NCBI GenBank assembly: GCA_037447605.1
Contig: CM074822.1
Span: 643,492-707,491 of the forward strand
DNA length: 64,000 bases
Direction: 5' to 3'
DNA from: Zygnema circumcarinatum SAG 698-1b
Taxonomy: Eukaryota; Plantae; Zygnematophyceae
A model generated the notes under the pieces. It ran no database searches. It worked only from the letters and a program-made list of their open reading frames with translations, and was not told where the DNA came from. A program made the position numbers and the translations under genes. This document shows, piece after piece, positions 25,967 through 49,617 of this stretch (positions are counted from its first letter, which is position 1; every line of letters starts with the position of its first letter).

Positions 25967-28729
25967 ATGGCTGCCGGCAAGGGGAAGACGGAGGGCGGGA
26001 TGAAGCCCATCACGGAGCGAGTGAACGACATGGCGGAAGAGATCGATGTTGCCTCTCCGGCAGGCATTGTTCGCATTCTGAGAGCATGCGATGGACAGCT
26101 GTTCTGCGGATATGGAGGCTATCCCGGAATGCTGGATGCGGAGGTCAGTTTTGCTAAGTCTTGTGAATAATGGGCGAGGATTTACAGGATTAGGGTGAAA
26201 ATTAGGTTAGAGATGAATGCCGGGAGCTCAAGTTTTAAGGCTATGATTAGGGATAGGGTTAGGATTAGGGTTAGGGCTTGGGTTAGGGTTAGGATTAGGA
26301 TCAAGGTTAGGGTTAGGATTAGGATTAAGGTTAGGGTTAGGTTTAGAGTAAGGGTTAGAGTCAGCTTATGAATGGAGCAGAGCTTAATAAAGCAGGCATC
26401 GTCAATTCAGGTTCGTGGGATTGTGGTGAATAATCTGCACTGAATGACGTCAAGTGTGCTCCGTTTTGAACGCATGCAATGCAGGTTGAAGAAGTTGTGG
26501 AGGCGGTCACAGATGTCGCCGCGGAATTTTTATCTTCTTCTCAGGTGATCTTTGTTTGGAAACTCATTAAGGTTTTACTTTGGAGGGTTAGAACTGATTC
26601 TATTCATCCAGAAGGCAAGCTCGTCTACACAGTGATACTGACTTGCTGTCCGTCGAAATACACGTCAGAAAATCAGGAAGTTTTCACATTCTATTGTAGT
26701 TTCATTCGTTCTTCTGAGCAATGCCATGCTCTCTTCACAGTAGCATCACTCTAAACAGAATGAAGACCCTCAACATTCACTTGCTCGACCGATCCCCATT
26801 TCCAAAGTATTCTTACCCAAACTCTTCCAAAGCGTGATGCAGTTCTCGTTCTTTCGGCTGTCTCCCTTCTCCCTTCTCCTCTCATCTCTCTCCCTCTCTC
26901 CCTTCTTCTTGTTTCAATTCTAGATTTAGAAGTTTGCAAGCTGTTGAGCAGTCGATTGCACTAGTTCGTGAGAATGATATGAGACATATCCTCACTTCTG
27001 CCTACTATCGTGAGGGCGATCTGAGCAGGATAGCTGTATAGTCCTGGCCGGGGCAGGAACAAGCGGTCGTCTCGCTTTCCTTGCAGCCCTCTCCCTCAAC
27101 AACCTCCTGCTTCAATATGGGCATCCTCCCTGCTTCCACGCCCTCATTGCCGGGGGCGAAAAGGCCCTCCTTCAGGTAACTACTTAAAGCTTCCTTCGTC
27201 ATCTGACAAAAAATGCAACACGTTGTTGGATTGTCTGTGTTCCATCCCCATAGTTTGCACAGATTGGCACATTCTCGCTTATAGACTTATGTGAATTCTG
27301 AAGTTTGGCTTAGTTCAGGCCCAGGAGGGGGCCGAGGATGATCCGGAAACTGCAGTAGAAGACTTGGAAGCTGTTGAAAAGGCTGGGACTCCTGCCAGCA
27401 AGCTATTGCGACGATTTCTCTATGTATGTTCTGCTTACCTTCCCCCATGATTCATACTGTGATAATGTAACGCCATTCTGTACTTCATTGCCATTAACAT
27501 TGCCATCAATTGCATTATTACTTGCGTTACATTACATTACATGATCGCTGAGTTGACATGAGTGGCTCCCTCTCTCTCTCTCCCTTTCTCTCTCTCTCTC
27601 TCTCTCTCTCGCTCTGTGGTCAGGTTGGCATCAGCTGCGGCTTGAGTGCGACCTATGTGGCAGCACAACTTCAGGTCCGTTTGTTCCGTTCCGTTTGGAA
27701 GCAATTGTACTGACTGTTCCTCTCTTTGCTCTCTTCTATGCTCTGTTTTCCTGCGTGTCAACGTGTCTATTTGTCTGAAAGAAACCCTAATTTTGGACTC
27801 TGTCATGCCATCTCCCCACTCAAAGAGTAGGCTTCATCTAACTCTCTCTCCCTTCAACAAGGTGCCCTAAAGATAATTTCAGAAGGGAAGCTGGCAGGAA
27901 TTAGAAGTCTGAAGCTCTGAGAACTTGGAAAATTTCATTATCATTGTTCTTTCATTATCATTGTTCTTTCGGACCTGTTTATGCAACACAGTGCCTCAGA
28001 ATCCTACTCAAAGAATTGCTCAATGTTCTCTTGTTTTGAAACCTCTGCTTGTTCTTCCACTGTTTCCATCTCTCACCTTTCTTCGCTCTCATCTCGACTT
28101 TATAAAAAACTTTTAGTGAACTTTTGAACGAATTTAACTTGAAATCTACCACTTATTTCATCCTTATTGTATGACCTAATTTCAACTTTGTTTCATGTTA
28201 TCTTGCAGTATGCAATGGCTCGATCTCATTTTGCAACAGTGCTGATAGGTTTCAACCCCATTTCCATGGCACGGAAAACGAAGGTATGGGCAGTTCAACG
28301 GAACTGTGACCCTTACTGCACCATTCTATGCACCTTCTCAAGTGATACAACGATAAAAAAATATTGAAATTATTATAAAAATATTGCGATGCAGATTATT
28401 TCATGCTCTTTCATGTTCTTTGCTGTTGTGCTTTTTGAATGACAGGTGGCGAACTTTGGAAATAATTTTTCAGAAATAGCCCACGAGCTGCAGCGCAAAT
28501 CAAAGATTTTGTCTGCTAGTGCTTTTCGCCATTTTGTAATAACACCAGTGGTTGGCCCGGTAGGCTTCTGCTGCTGCTTTGACCTAATTCTGAGATCAAG
28601 TGACTTTATCGAATGGGTTACCAGCTTTATCAACTGCTAGAAGAGGAGGAAAGCTTGTAGCATAGTTTTATGTTCCCTGAGAGAGAGTGAGAGATTGAGA
28701 GAGAGAGAGAGATTGAGAGAGAGAGAGAG

Positions 28730-28781
<52 letters not shown>

Positions 28782-28856
28782 CAACCTTTCTGTGAATGAC
28801 TTTACCAAATGCTTCATTGACTTCGAATGTTTAACTTGAAGGAGGAGAGAAGCTGC

Positions 28857-28916
<60 letters not shown>

Positions 28917-31900
28917 AGTAGCAGTAGTTGTAGGAAAATTTTAATTCTGAATTCAGTCCTATGCATGCAGGAGGCAATTTGCGGGTCCTCCCGACTGAAA
29001 GGAGGGACCGCCACGAAAATTTTGCTCGAAATTATTTTTGCGAGGGCAATTGCAAGAGTTTTGAAGCTGCCCGTCTTGGGAACAGGTGTGAAGTAAAGCT
29101 TCCTCCCCTCTTTAACACGAAGGTGCTTGTTGGGGTTTTCTTTATTCGCTAAAATCTGTAAGGACTGTACATTTATGATTTGATTCATAGAGGTGAAAAA
29201 AATAGCCAAAATTTAGGGGGCCTATACCAATCACAATTCTCTTGGAAAGCTGAAAAACTGAAGACTTAGCTAATTTGGGCAAGTTTTTTGTCAGTTTTTT
29301 GACATCTACGGAAGGGGATTTTTTCTATTTGTGACTGTAACAGTTCCATGCAACCCTTCTCCAAGGGCTAATGCTGCTGATGTCAGCAACGGTGCTAACC
29401 ATGGAACTGCACACAGTTTCGTGAATTCCGTACAAATGAAGGAGAGGGAATCGGGGGTTTTGTCGTATATGCGAGCCATTTCAGCTTATGAAGGGACATA
29501 TCGAGCTGTCTACAACTGTGGGGAGAATCTGGCGGTGAGTTTCTTAAGAGCAATTACAGATTCTAATCTAATAATCTAATAAGTTATTATCTAATAATCT
29601 AATAATCTACTATTCTAGTAATCTTCTAATCTAATGATCGCCTACTCTAATAATCTTCTAATCTCATAATTTCTATCGCGTAATCTTCTAATCTAAGAAT
29701 CTTGTAACGTGAAGATTCAGATTAGAAGTGCTTGGGATATGTATTGGCTTGAGAATGTATGAATCGCTGAATTTAAGGTGTTGAATAAACAGTAATTTTC
29801 TCTGCTTCCTATGTAACCTGCTAAGCAGGTTCAAATGTATACACGTGACACTCTCATCTCGCCTTATCCTTCGGGGCCTCTCCCTCCCTCTCTCTCTGTC
29901 TCTCTCTCCCTCCCTTTCTCTCGCTCTCCCTCTCTCCCTCCCTCCAATTCCTTGTTCCATCTGATCAGCCACCAACGAGAGCATGTGTTTTCTTCCTTCA
30001 TTTTGAAGAGATATTGGTCACTGAATAACATCGAATTTGCGCTTATTGATTTGCAGGACCTCATAAAGATGACAGGTAACAGTCTGCAACACGGCGGAAA
30101 AATATACTATGCAGGTGCAGGGTTTGGAGGCTTGCTGGGTATACTTGGTGAGTTTTCTCTGTTATAAAAAATAACTATGTATATAATATTACATAATATC
30201 GACAGTAATCAAAGAAGAAGAAGTCAAAGCACACCTTTCCTTTTGAAGTTCTTTTTTGGGCCTGAACATTCCTCTACTCCAAACTTTCTGAATCGCAGAA
30301 ATATTGGAAAAAGTACTACCGATCAACTTTATTCAATTTCAGTTTCAATTTCAGTTTCAGTTTCAGTTTCAGTTTCATTTTCAGTGTCAGTCACGAAATC
30401 TGTTGGCTCCTTTCCCATACCCCTCATTCTATATACAAACCATGCAGCTTTTTGAAGAAGACTTTCATAGAAAAAAGTTCTCAGTTTCATAAGATCGATT
30501 CCAATTCACTAAAACATTACCTTTTTTCATGCAGATGCATCCGAACAACCCCCCACATTTGGAGCAATGTCTGAAGACTTTCAAGCCTTTGTAGTGGGGG
30601 GTTGGCCTGCTCTCAATAGCACTGCATCTATCAAAGCAGGAAAGGGAGATAAAAGTAAAGTGAATCTGCTTCACCAAGGGGAAGAAACCCTAATTTCTTC
30701 TTCTTCTTCTGCCCCTGCAAGTTCGGAGGATATAGAAGATAGTGATGCTGAATGGGAAGCAGGAGAGCAGGCCATTGAGAAATCAGAGAGTGGGAGGGGG
30801 GAAGGTGAGGGAGAGGAAGGGTGCAATGGAGGCGAGGGAGGAGAGAGAGAGGGAGGACTTTTTGAGAGCGTTACTATGGAGATTTTTATCAACAAAGTGT
30901 TACCGAAGGCGAGGTACAGTTCTCTCTCCTTTTGCTTCTGCTAGCTAGATGACTTGGATTGGCAAGAAAACATGCTGAAGACTTCAACTGAAACTGAAAC
31001 TAAACCAAAAAACATGGAACTTCATTGGAAACTGAAACGGGAAGCAGTAAAGCATGCTGAGAATCCAACGGAAACTGAAACTAAACCAGAAAACATGGAA
31101 CTTCATTGGAAACTGAAACGGGAAGCAGTAAAGCATGCTGACAATTCAACGGAAACTGAAACTAAACCAGAAAACATGGAACTTCATTGGAAACTGAAAC
31201 GGGAAGCAGTTCAGTAAAGCATGCTGAAAATTCAACGGAAACTAAACTAGAAGCTCTCACTCCTGCAGACACGTGGACACTCTCATTATCGTGGAGAGCT
31301 CACAATCGAACCACCCTCTACCTCCCTCTCTCCTCTCTGCCATCACCGAGAAGAGGAAACGTGGAGGTTTGCAAGTGGCCCTAATTGACTTTAACTATGA
31401 GCCTCACGATCGCATAATATGCTCTTATTTTGAGAGTCTGGAAAAGCCAAGAAAAAGCCACGTGTCACATTCTGAAGCCTTCAACGGAGCACGGAAGACA
31501 TGGAGCAGCGAACTCCTCTCTGCTTCAGTTGTAGACCTTTACATCTGCATAGAACTGCCTGCCGTTGCAGCTGCTCCGTTAATCCAAGGAGCAGATTTCT
31601 TTTGGGAGTTGGCTATCAAATATACCCTAAATGCTGTCAGTACGGGAGCTCATATTCTAGCCGGAAAAGTATACCGATCATTGATGGTCGATTTGAGAGT
31701 AAGCAATGTGAAGTTATATCATCGAGCTATCTCCATTGTCTCGAGCATAACAGGAGTTTCAACGGAAAGGGCAACTGAAGTCCTATTGGAAGCAATCTAT
31801 GGGAAAGGAGAGAGTGGTGAAAGAGGCTCGGAGGTGCTCCTATTGAGGCCTGTGAAGGAACATGTATTGGCTGCAGCAGGGCTGCGGAAAGTTGTGCCCA

Positions 31901-31998
31901 TAGCTTTGCTTCTGGCTACAGGGAGGTACACTTACCAGACGGCGGTTGACCGACTAAAGAAGGGGGAGCCTATCAGAGACCTGCTGGTCAAGGCATGA
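25967..31998 (+). CDS. GCKR-like: Glucokinase-regulatory-protein (GKRP)-like, two fused MurQ/SIS repeats, ~744 aa
   Basis: 12 phase-consistent exons: 25967-26143, 26485-26544, 27029-27175, 27319-27423, 27624-27674, 28209-28283, 28446-28559, 28971-29085, 29344-29534, 30057-30147, 30535-30913, 31269-31998. Motifs PITERVN...[123 protein letters not shown] and VVPIALL are collinear with GKRP along its whole length. Confidence 0.92.
26255..26360 (+). repeat. Interstitial hexameric (TTAGGG/TTAGGA)n array in intron 1 of the GKRP-like gene
   Basis: tagggttaggattagggttagggcttgggttagggttaggattagg... Confidence 0.85.
30971..31250 (+). repeat. ~81-bp minisatellite, ~3.3 copies, in the last intron of the GKRP-like gene
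   Basis: Units start at 30971, 31053, 31134 and 31220 (CATGCTGA...GAAACTGAAACTAAACC...GGAAGCAGTAAAG). Confidence 0.9.
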
Positions 31999-32717
31999 GT
32001 ATAGAAGATTGAGGATCTATGTTATCATTAGCGTTATTCTTGAGAGAGCGAGAGAGAGAGAGAGAGAGAGAGAGAGGGATTCATATTTCACTGATATGTT
32101 AAAAAGAATGAAATAATGAGAAAAGAAATACTCGTGCAAAGCGTGAGTATTTCTCCCATTTGGTTTGAACCAGGGTTCAGTTTAGAGGTAGATAGAACAT
32201 AGGAGGTTAACGGCACAAGAAGGACAGGTTATAGTCGATTCTTGGTTTGGCTAGTTAGTCAAGAGCCAGATTGTTACTTCTTAGTAGCAGTTTTTGTCAG
32301 TGTTGTGGGCCACACCCTTTGATCCTTGCAAAAGAGAAAAAATACTCCTCTCTAAGTTTTACTTCGAAGCTTAGTAAAAAGAAGACCTGGGGTCGAATAT
32401 CTATGTGAGCCAAAGTTAGTACTAGGAGAACTGATGATGTGGCATTGATCTCACGATGGTGATGCCATCAAATCTGCATGTGTTACTAGGTATTGGCATT
32501 GACTTTTAAGTTGATTTTGACTTTGACTTTGACTTTGACTTTTTTCACGTACGCCTCATGCTGTATTGTATTTCCATGTGACCAAACATGTTTTTGTATC
32601 TTAGATCTTCACCGATTTTAGGGCTCTTCCGAAAGCGCAATTCCCCTCTTAAGCTTCGAATAGGCGCAGCCACCTTGTGAGGGCTAATCTCCAAACTTGA
32701 ACATCTTCAAACTGTCA

Positions 32718-32942
32718 TAGGGCGGACCATGGGATCGCCAACCATTCGCCAGCCAATGGTTGGCTGGTTGACAACCATTGGAATTCAACTAATGGTTGGA
32801 AAACTGTCAATGGTTTGGCCGGTTCGCGTGTGCGTGGTTCGCAACCATTCCAACGGTTGGAACCGTTGCCAATGGTTTGCTGGCTAGAGAACCAATGGTT
32901 GATCCAATGGTTGATCCAATGGTTGATCCAATCAATGGTCCG
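32718..32942. mobile_element. CCAACCATTGG-family MITE copy upstream of RPL38
   Basis: Left TAGGGCGGACCATGGGAT, right truncated ATGGTCCG. Possible TSD AACTGTCA / AACTGTCG. Internal (TCCAATGGTTGA)x3. Confidence 0.6.
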
Positions 32943-33146
32943 AACTGTCGAACCCTTAACCCTCCCTTAAAATTAGGGCAACGGGAGCCGTTGGATGGAT
33001 CCGAGCGTGCATCGGACGGTCAAAGTGGCGCGCAGGGGGCCCTAAAGAGCAGCGACGACCATCGTCGCGTCCTCTTTCGGCTTTTAGGGTTTGCGGCCCT
33101 GCTCGCTCCCTCCCCCCCGCCTGCTGCTCCTCTCCCAGCCGTCGCC

Positions 33147-36423
<3,277 letters not shown>

Positions 36424-37092
36424 AAATGTTCGGCCAAATATCAAGGCTGGCACTCTGTCATGCTGCCCATTGTGTAACCCACTTTTGTCAATGAGAGTAA
36501 AGCCTCGCCGGAAGGAAAGAGCACGAGTCTTCTTCTTGTTGTACCATCCCACAGGGCCTCTGTGCGCAGTGCAAGCAGGGCTGTGCCCGTATTGGTGTCA
36601 TTACCAGGTTCTGCCCATATTTGATCGTGATTTGCAGGCTTTGTGCCCATAAGACTTGTGATTGGCAGGTTGTGCAGTGTCCATGTCGATGATGTTTGGC
36701 AAGCTGTGCTGTGCCCATAATCACGAGAACAAGGTTGAGGAGAATTGAACCCCTCCCCACTTCGCCCCCTCTCCCACCCTTCTCCCTTAGGGATGAATGA
36801 AGATACCAAACGCGGTTCTGATGTATTAGTACAAACGGGATCTGTCTAATCATGTGATGTCTTAAAATCATTTTCCATTACGCACATTATCACCAAGTTC
36901 AAGCTGCTCGACCCAACGATGATACAAAATCACCTTGCGAAAATTAAGACATGCAAGATAGAAATAAAAAAAGAAAACCTTTCACCAACTCAGTTTTTAC
37001 TTATCATGTGGTTTCCAAGTAGTTAGAATCCGCAACCACGGAAGCAACTAGTACACAAACGACGCCCTATTAACCAATTAAAGCAGCAGCGA

Positions 37093-45492
<8,400 letters not shown>

Positions 45493-45877
45493 TCGAGACG
45501 ATGTATGAGCCCCATCCTTCCCTGCTCTCAGTGTTCTCTTTGAGCCAGAAGGCCGGAGCGCGGCATTGCCCTGCTTAGGGCGGCCCATAGAATGAGGCGC
45601 AGGAAGAGAGGGAGAGCGAGCGAGGGAGACAAATGGAAGAATCCTCTTTGGGGCTCGTTAAGCTTTATCGAGCAGCAAACGGGTAATCGAAAGGGAGCCA
45701 ACTGGTCATAAGGAGAGAAAGGCCACTGTGTGCGCCTCTCTCTCTCTCCAGTTGTCTCCCTCTCTATGTACCTCTCCCCTTCTCTCTCTACTACAGTATC
45801 ACACCCTGTGTACCTCTCGCTCTCTCCCTCACACTGCTCTCCCACTCTCTAGCTCTCTCGCAAGGCTTTGCGATCTG

Positions 45878-46105
45878 GCACGTGACACATCCAACGGTCG
45901 AGGCATTGCAGACGTCTACGTGGCACATCCAACGGTCAGAGACGTTCAATTTTACACGTGACACATCCAAGCGCCGTATATATCGCACGCGGCAGTCCAC
46001 GGTAGAAGGTAAGATTGTGCCACGTGGAACATCCAACGGTTTAACGCCATAACCCTCGCACGCGGCAATCCAACTGTCAGATCCTTGCGACTTTACGTGT
46101 GACAC
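45878..46105. promoter_or_regulatory. Repeated ACGTG + ATCCAACGGT (MSA-like) module upstream of DHX37
   Basis: TCCAACGGTY at 45890, 45928 and 46032, each a few bp after an ACGTG core. A further near-copy is at ~46068. Confidence 0.45.
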
Positions 46106-46241
46106 ACATGGTCATGTTGTTGTTGAACATGAATGTTGTGGCGGATGGGTTCTTGGCGAGAATGGTACGTACGGTTCAAAACTTGAGTTTTGTACAACTT
46201 GATTTTGAAGACTCCTCGTGGTTCCCCATGTTATTGTTCAT

Positions 46242-46282
<41 letters not shown>

Positions 46283-46342
46283 CCATGTACAGTTCATGCA
46301 GCAGTTCTACAAGTGGGGTCAGAGAGAGCAAGTGACGGCGAT

Positions 46343-46580
46343 ATGGAGAAATAATCGCTTACAGTACTTAATTTGATGGTACAAACTACCCCTCTTGGAG
46401 TCAGCGAAAATATGGCAGCAACTCCTTAAAGCAAAGGAGCTGATGGAGTTGGTTGATGGCACGGAAGCCATGTTAAAAAAATATATATATATATATGACA
46501 ACGGGTCCAAACAAATGCAAGTTGGAAGACGAGAAACGACAAAGCGGAAGCTCTAATCCTCACCTCCATGAAATCCCCAC
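46343..46580 (+). pseudogene. Degenerate Ty1/copia gag N-terminal remnant
   Basis: Frameshifted pieces FDGTNYPSW, QQLLKAKELMELVDGTE and SWKTRNDKAEALILTSM match the copia gag (UBN2/DUF4219-type) pattern FDGxNYxxW...LLKAKxLxxxVDGT...WxxKDxKAxxxI. Confidence 0.7.
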
Positions 46581-46611
46581 GTGGAATAGCACAGGGAGTA
46601 GGGATACTGGT

Positions 46612-47045
46612 TCAGGATTTGGGGTTCAGGGTTTAAGGTTTAGGGTTGGGATTTCTGATTCACGGTTTAGGGTTTAGGGTTGAGGGTTTTAGGGTTCAGG
46701 TTTAAAGTTTAAGATGTAGCGTTTAGGGTTTAGGGTTGAGGGTTTTAGGGTTCAGGTTTAAAGTTTAAGATGTAGCGTTTAGGGTTTAGGGTTTACGGTT
46801 TATGGTTTAGGGTTAGGGTTTAGGGTTTAGGGTTGAAGGTTTATGGGTATGGTTTAGGGTTTAGAGTTTAGGTTTTAGGGTTTAGGGTTTTAAGGTTTAG
46901 GGTTTAGGGTTTAGGGTTTAGGATTTAGGGTTCAGGGTTTAGGGGTCAGGTTGCGGGTTTAGGGTTTAGGGCTCAGGTTCAGGGTAGGGTTTAGGGCTGC
47001 TTAGGTCAATTAGGGTTGTAAGCTTCTCCGGCGGGTTAGGGTTAC
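46612..47045 (+). repeat. Interstitial telomere-like (TTTAGGG)n array, degenerate
   Basis: Many TTTAGGG units, including a ~54-bp internal duplication ending AAAGTTTAAGATGTAGC. Confidence 0.9.
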
Positions 47046-47840
47046 TGCAGACTGCATGTTGCTTGGAGGGTTGTTTGGAGTCCATGAGGATGGACAGCTT
47101 CAGATTCAGATTCAGTAGTGGCCTAAACGCGCTGACTTCGACTCGCCGAACTATCCTTGAAAATGATCAGGGCTATGCCTATCTTCAAGTCTGTCCTCCA
47201 CAAGTGTGAGATAAAAAGAAGAAAAATAGAAAAAAAAAAAAAATTGACCTATCATCTGTCTGCACCAGTCAGAAATGTAACTGCGCTTTTTGTCTTTGGA
47301 AGAAAGGATGATCACTTTTCTATCCATGAAATCAGAGGGTGATAAATTGGTCGCATCCAAAGCAATGTTCTGTCTAATTGCGCGCTCTATCCTTTCAGTT
47401 TTTTTCATTACATGATGAAAAAAATAACTCTCTTGAAGACAGTCAGTCCATCATCCAATCCAAAATAGGGTTTTTAGGGTTTTTAGGGTCACGAATATGT
47501 ATGTAAAACAACGTTAACTTCATACCTTGCAGAGAGGAAAAGGGAAGAGGGGATATCATAAACTGAAGGCTCAAGGAACAGATTTCTTTGAGATCGCTTA
47601 CATGGAACTGGCTCTACCTTCCTATGTTCTAACCCTAACAGCGAGCTGGCTGTTCGTTTCAAAAACCTGAAAAAAAGCTCCTAAAAGACACCATTCTGAA
47701 AATACATTGAGAAAGGGCAAAAACAAAATACTCAAGCACTTGATCCTCCTCCACCTACTGCAAGAGATGATGCCATTGGGCCCCCCACTTGTTCTTTCCT
47801 AATAAGCTCAAACGAAGGAGAGAATCAAAAAAGAAGAGGC

Positions 47841-48049
<209 letters not shown>

Positions 48050-48069
48050 AAGCTACAGAGAGAGGCTCC

Positions 48070-49522
48070 TCAGTCACTGCCCCACTTCTTCATCACTTCT
48101 GCTTCTGCCTGACCAGGCCCTTCCACACTCCGCCCCCCTACAGGTGCATACACATCAGATTCTCTCCGTCCTGAAGGGCCCTTGAAACCTCTCAACACAA
48201 AAAGTATGCAGTTTAGGAGAAAGGCGAGCATGCGGAATCCTTGAGTAAAAATCAAATACTGCAAAACAACCCAGTCCAACAAAGAAGCCACAACCGATTG
48301 TAAGTAGACTTCATCACTAATAACTACAGGACATGATCGATCTCGCGAGTGCGACGTATTCAAATGTACATGGGTAGAGACAATATGTCGAACCTATGAA
48401 CCCTGTCACAACGAACCTATGAACGAAAGGAAGGCAGGCTATGAGCGGGACTCTGCTTCTAGGCCGAACAAGAAACACTAATTGACAACTAAAAAACATC
48501 ACAGGGATCATCATCATCTGCATAAAACTGAGAACATCACAGGGATAAAGTACAAGAGCATGCTCGTTTTTACGAAAGTTTTCAGGGTTCCACCCATCTC
48601 TCCCTTCTCGCGAGCACTTGTCGGCGGGTCTTTTAGAATCAACCAGAAAGCGAAATGAAAGTTTTAAGGTTAGGTGAAAGCAACATACCACAAGTACAAT
48701 GCCACCGACAGCATACAAGGTCTGCTTGCGGTCCTCCCATTCTTCCCCTCCCTTGAACCATCCACCCCCATCTCCTCCCCTTCCCCATCCTCCTCCTCCT
48801 CCTCCTCCCCCTCCCCCTCCTCCTCCTCCTCCTCCCCCTCCCTCCCTCTCCTCTATCTCCTTCTCCCAACGTTTGAGCTTATCGTTACCAAGCGCCTGCT
48901 CCAGCGCTTTCCTGGCAGCTTCCTGAGCCAAGCGAAACAGAAAAGGCCCTGCAGCTCACTTGCTTTGTTGACAACTTAAAACACAAAAAGAGGGCAATGA
49001 AGATTCCCTTCCATTTTCAGATTGATTTATTTGATTTTGACTCCACAAAAGTGCAATGTTACTCCTGCCAACTGAACCCTCACGGCTCCAAACCCTCAAA
49101 TCAAGGTATACAGACACCCTTTGGTTCCTATTCCAAACTGAGATTTTGGTGGAGAACCCAGAAACCTCAAAACCTCAAAACTTCAAAACCAACAGCAGGA
49201 GCTTCTCCCTCCCGCAACACCCCCTCCTGCCCTATCCTCGAGAAACCCTAATTCTTACCCTCTTATCCGCGTGGCAAATTAGCGACGTCCCGCGCCTCAT
49301 ACCATTTCCATCTCCTCCTCCTTCAACGCCTGCTCTCCGGAGCCATCTCTGCCTCACGAAGGCTGAAGGGCTCCCCTCTTGCCGCGAGGCCGACGCCATG
49401 GCTGGACCTTGCGCGGCATTGCTCACTTTCAATAGGCTTCTTGGAAGTGCAGGACGAGAAGGCGAGGCCTCCCAGAAGCAGGCGCAGGTGAAGCTCGCCT
49501 TGGAGGCAGCCATGGCAGCCAT
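48070..49522 (-). CDS. Uncharacterised glycine-rich, probably plastid-targeted membrane protein (family ending in KWGSD)
   Basis: Exon 1 from ATG 49522 to 49303 (phase-compatible donor) or 49259; exon 2 48948-48689; exon 3 48258-48070. S/A/R-rich transit-like N-terminus, KALEQALG..KLKRWEKEIEERE, poly-Gly, hydrophobic segment and C-terminal EVMKKWGSD*. Confidence 0.8.
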
Positions 49523-49617
49523 GGCGCCAGCTCCAAGTAGGGGAAAAAAGGGAAAAGGAAACTTCCATTATGGAGAGGAAGGCTTCCCTATTCTCAACTG
49601 AAATGGTCGAGCATCCT

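Noticed and set aside
25967-31998. Bacterial contamination or a prokaryotic murQ operon
   Set aside because: Eleven canonical GT-AG introns with microsatellites, embedded among plant nuclear genes.
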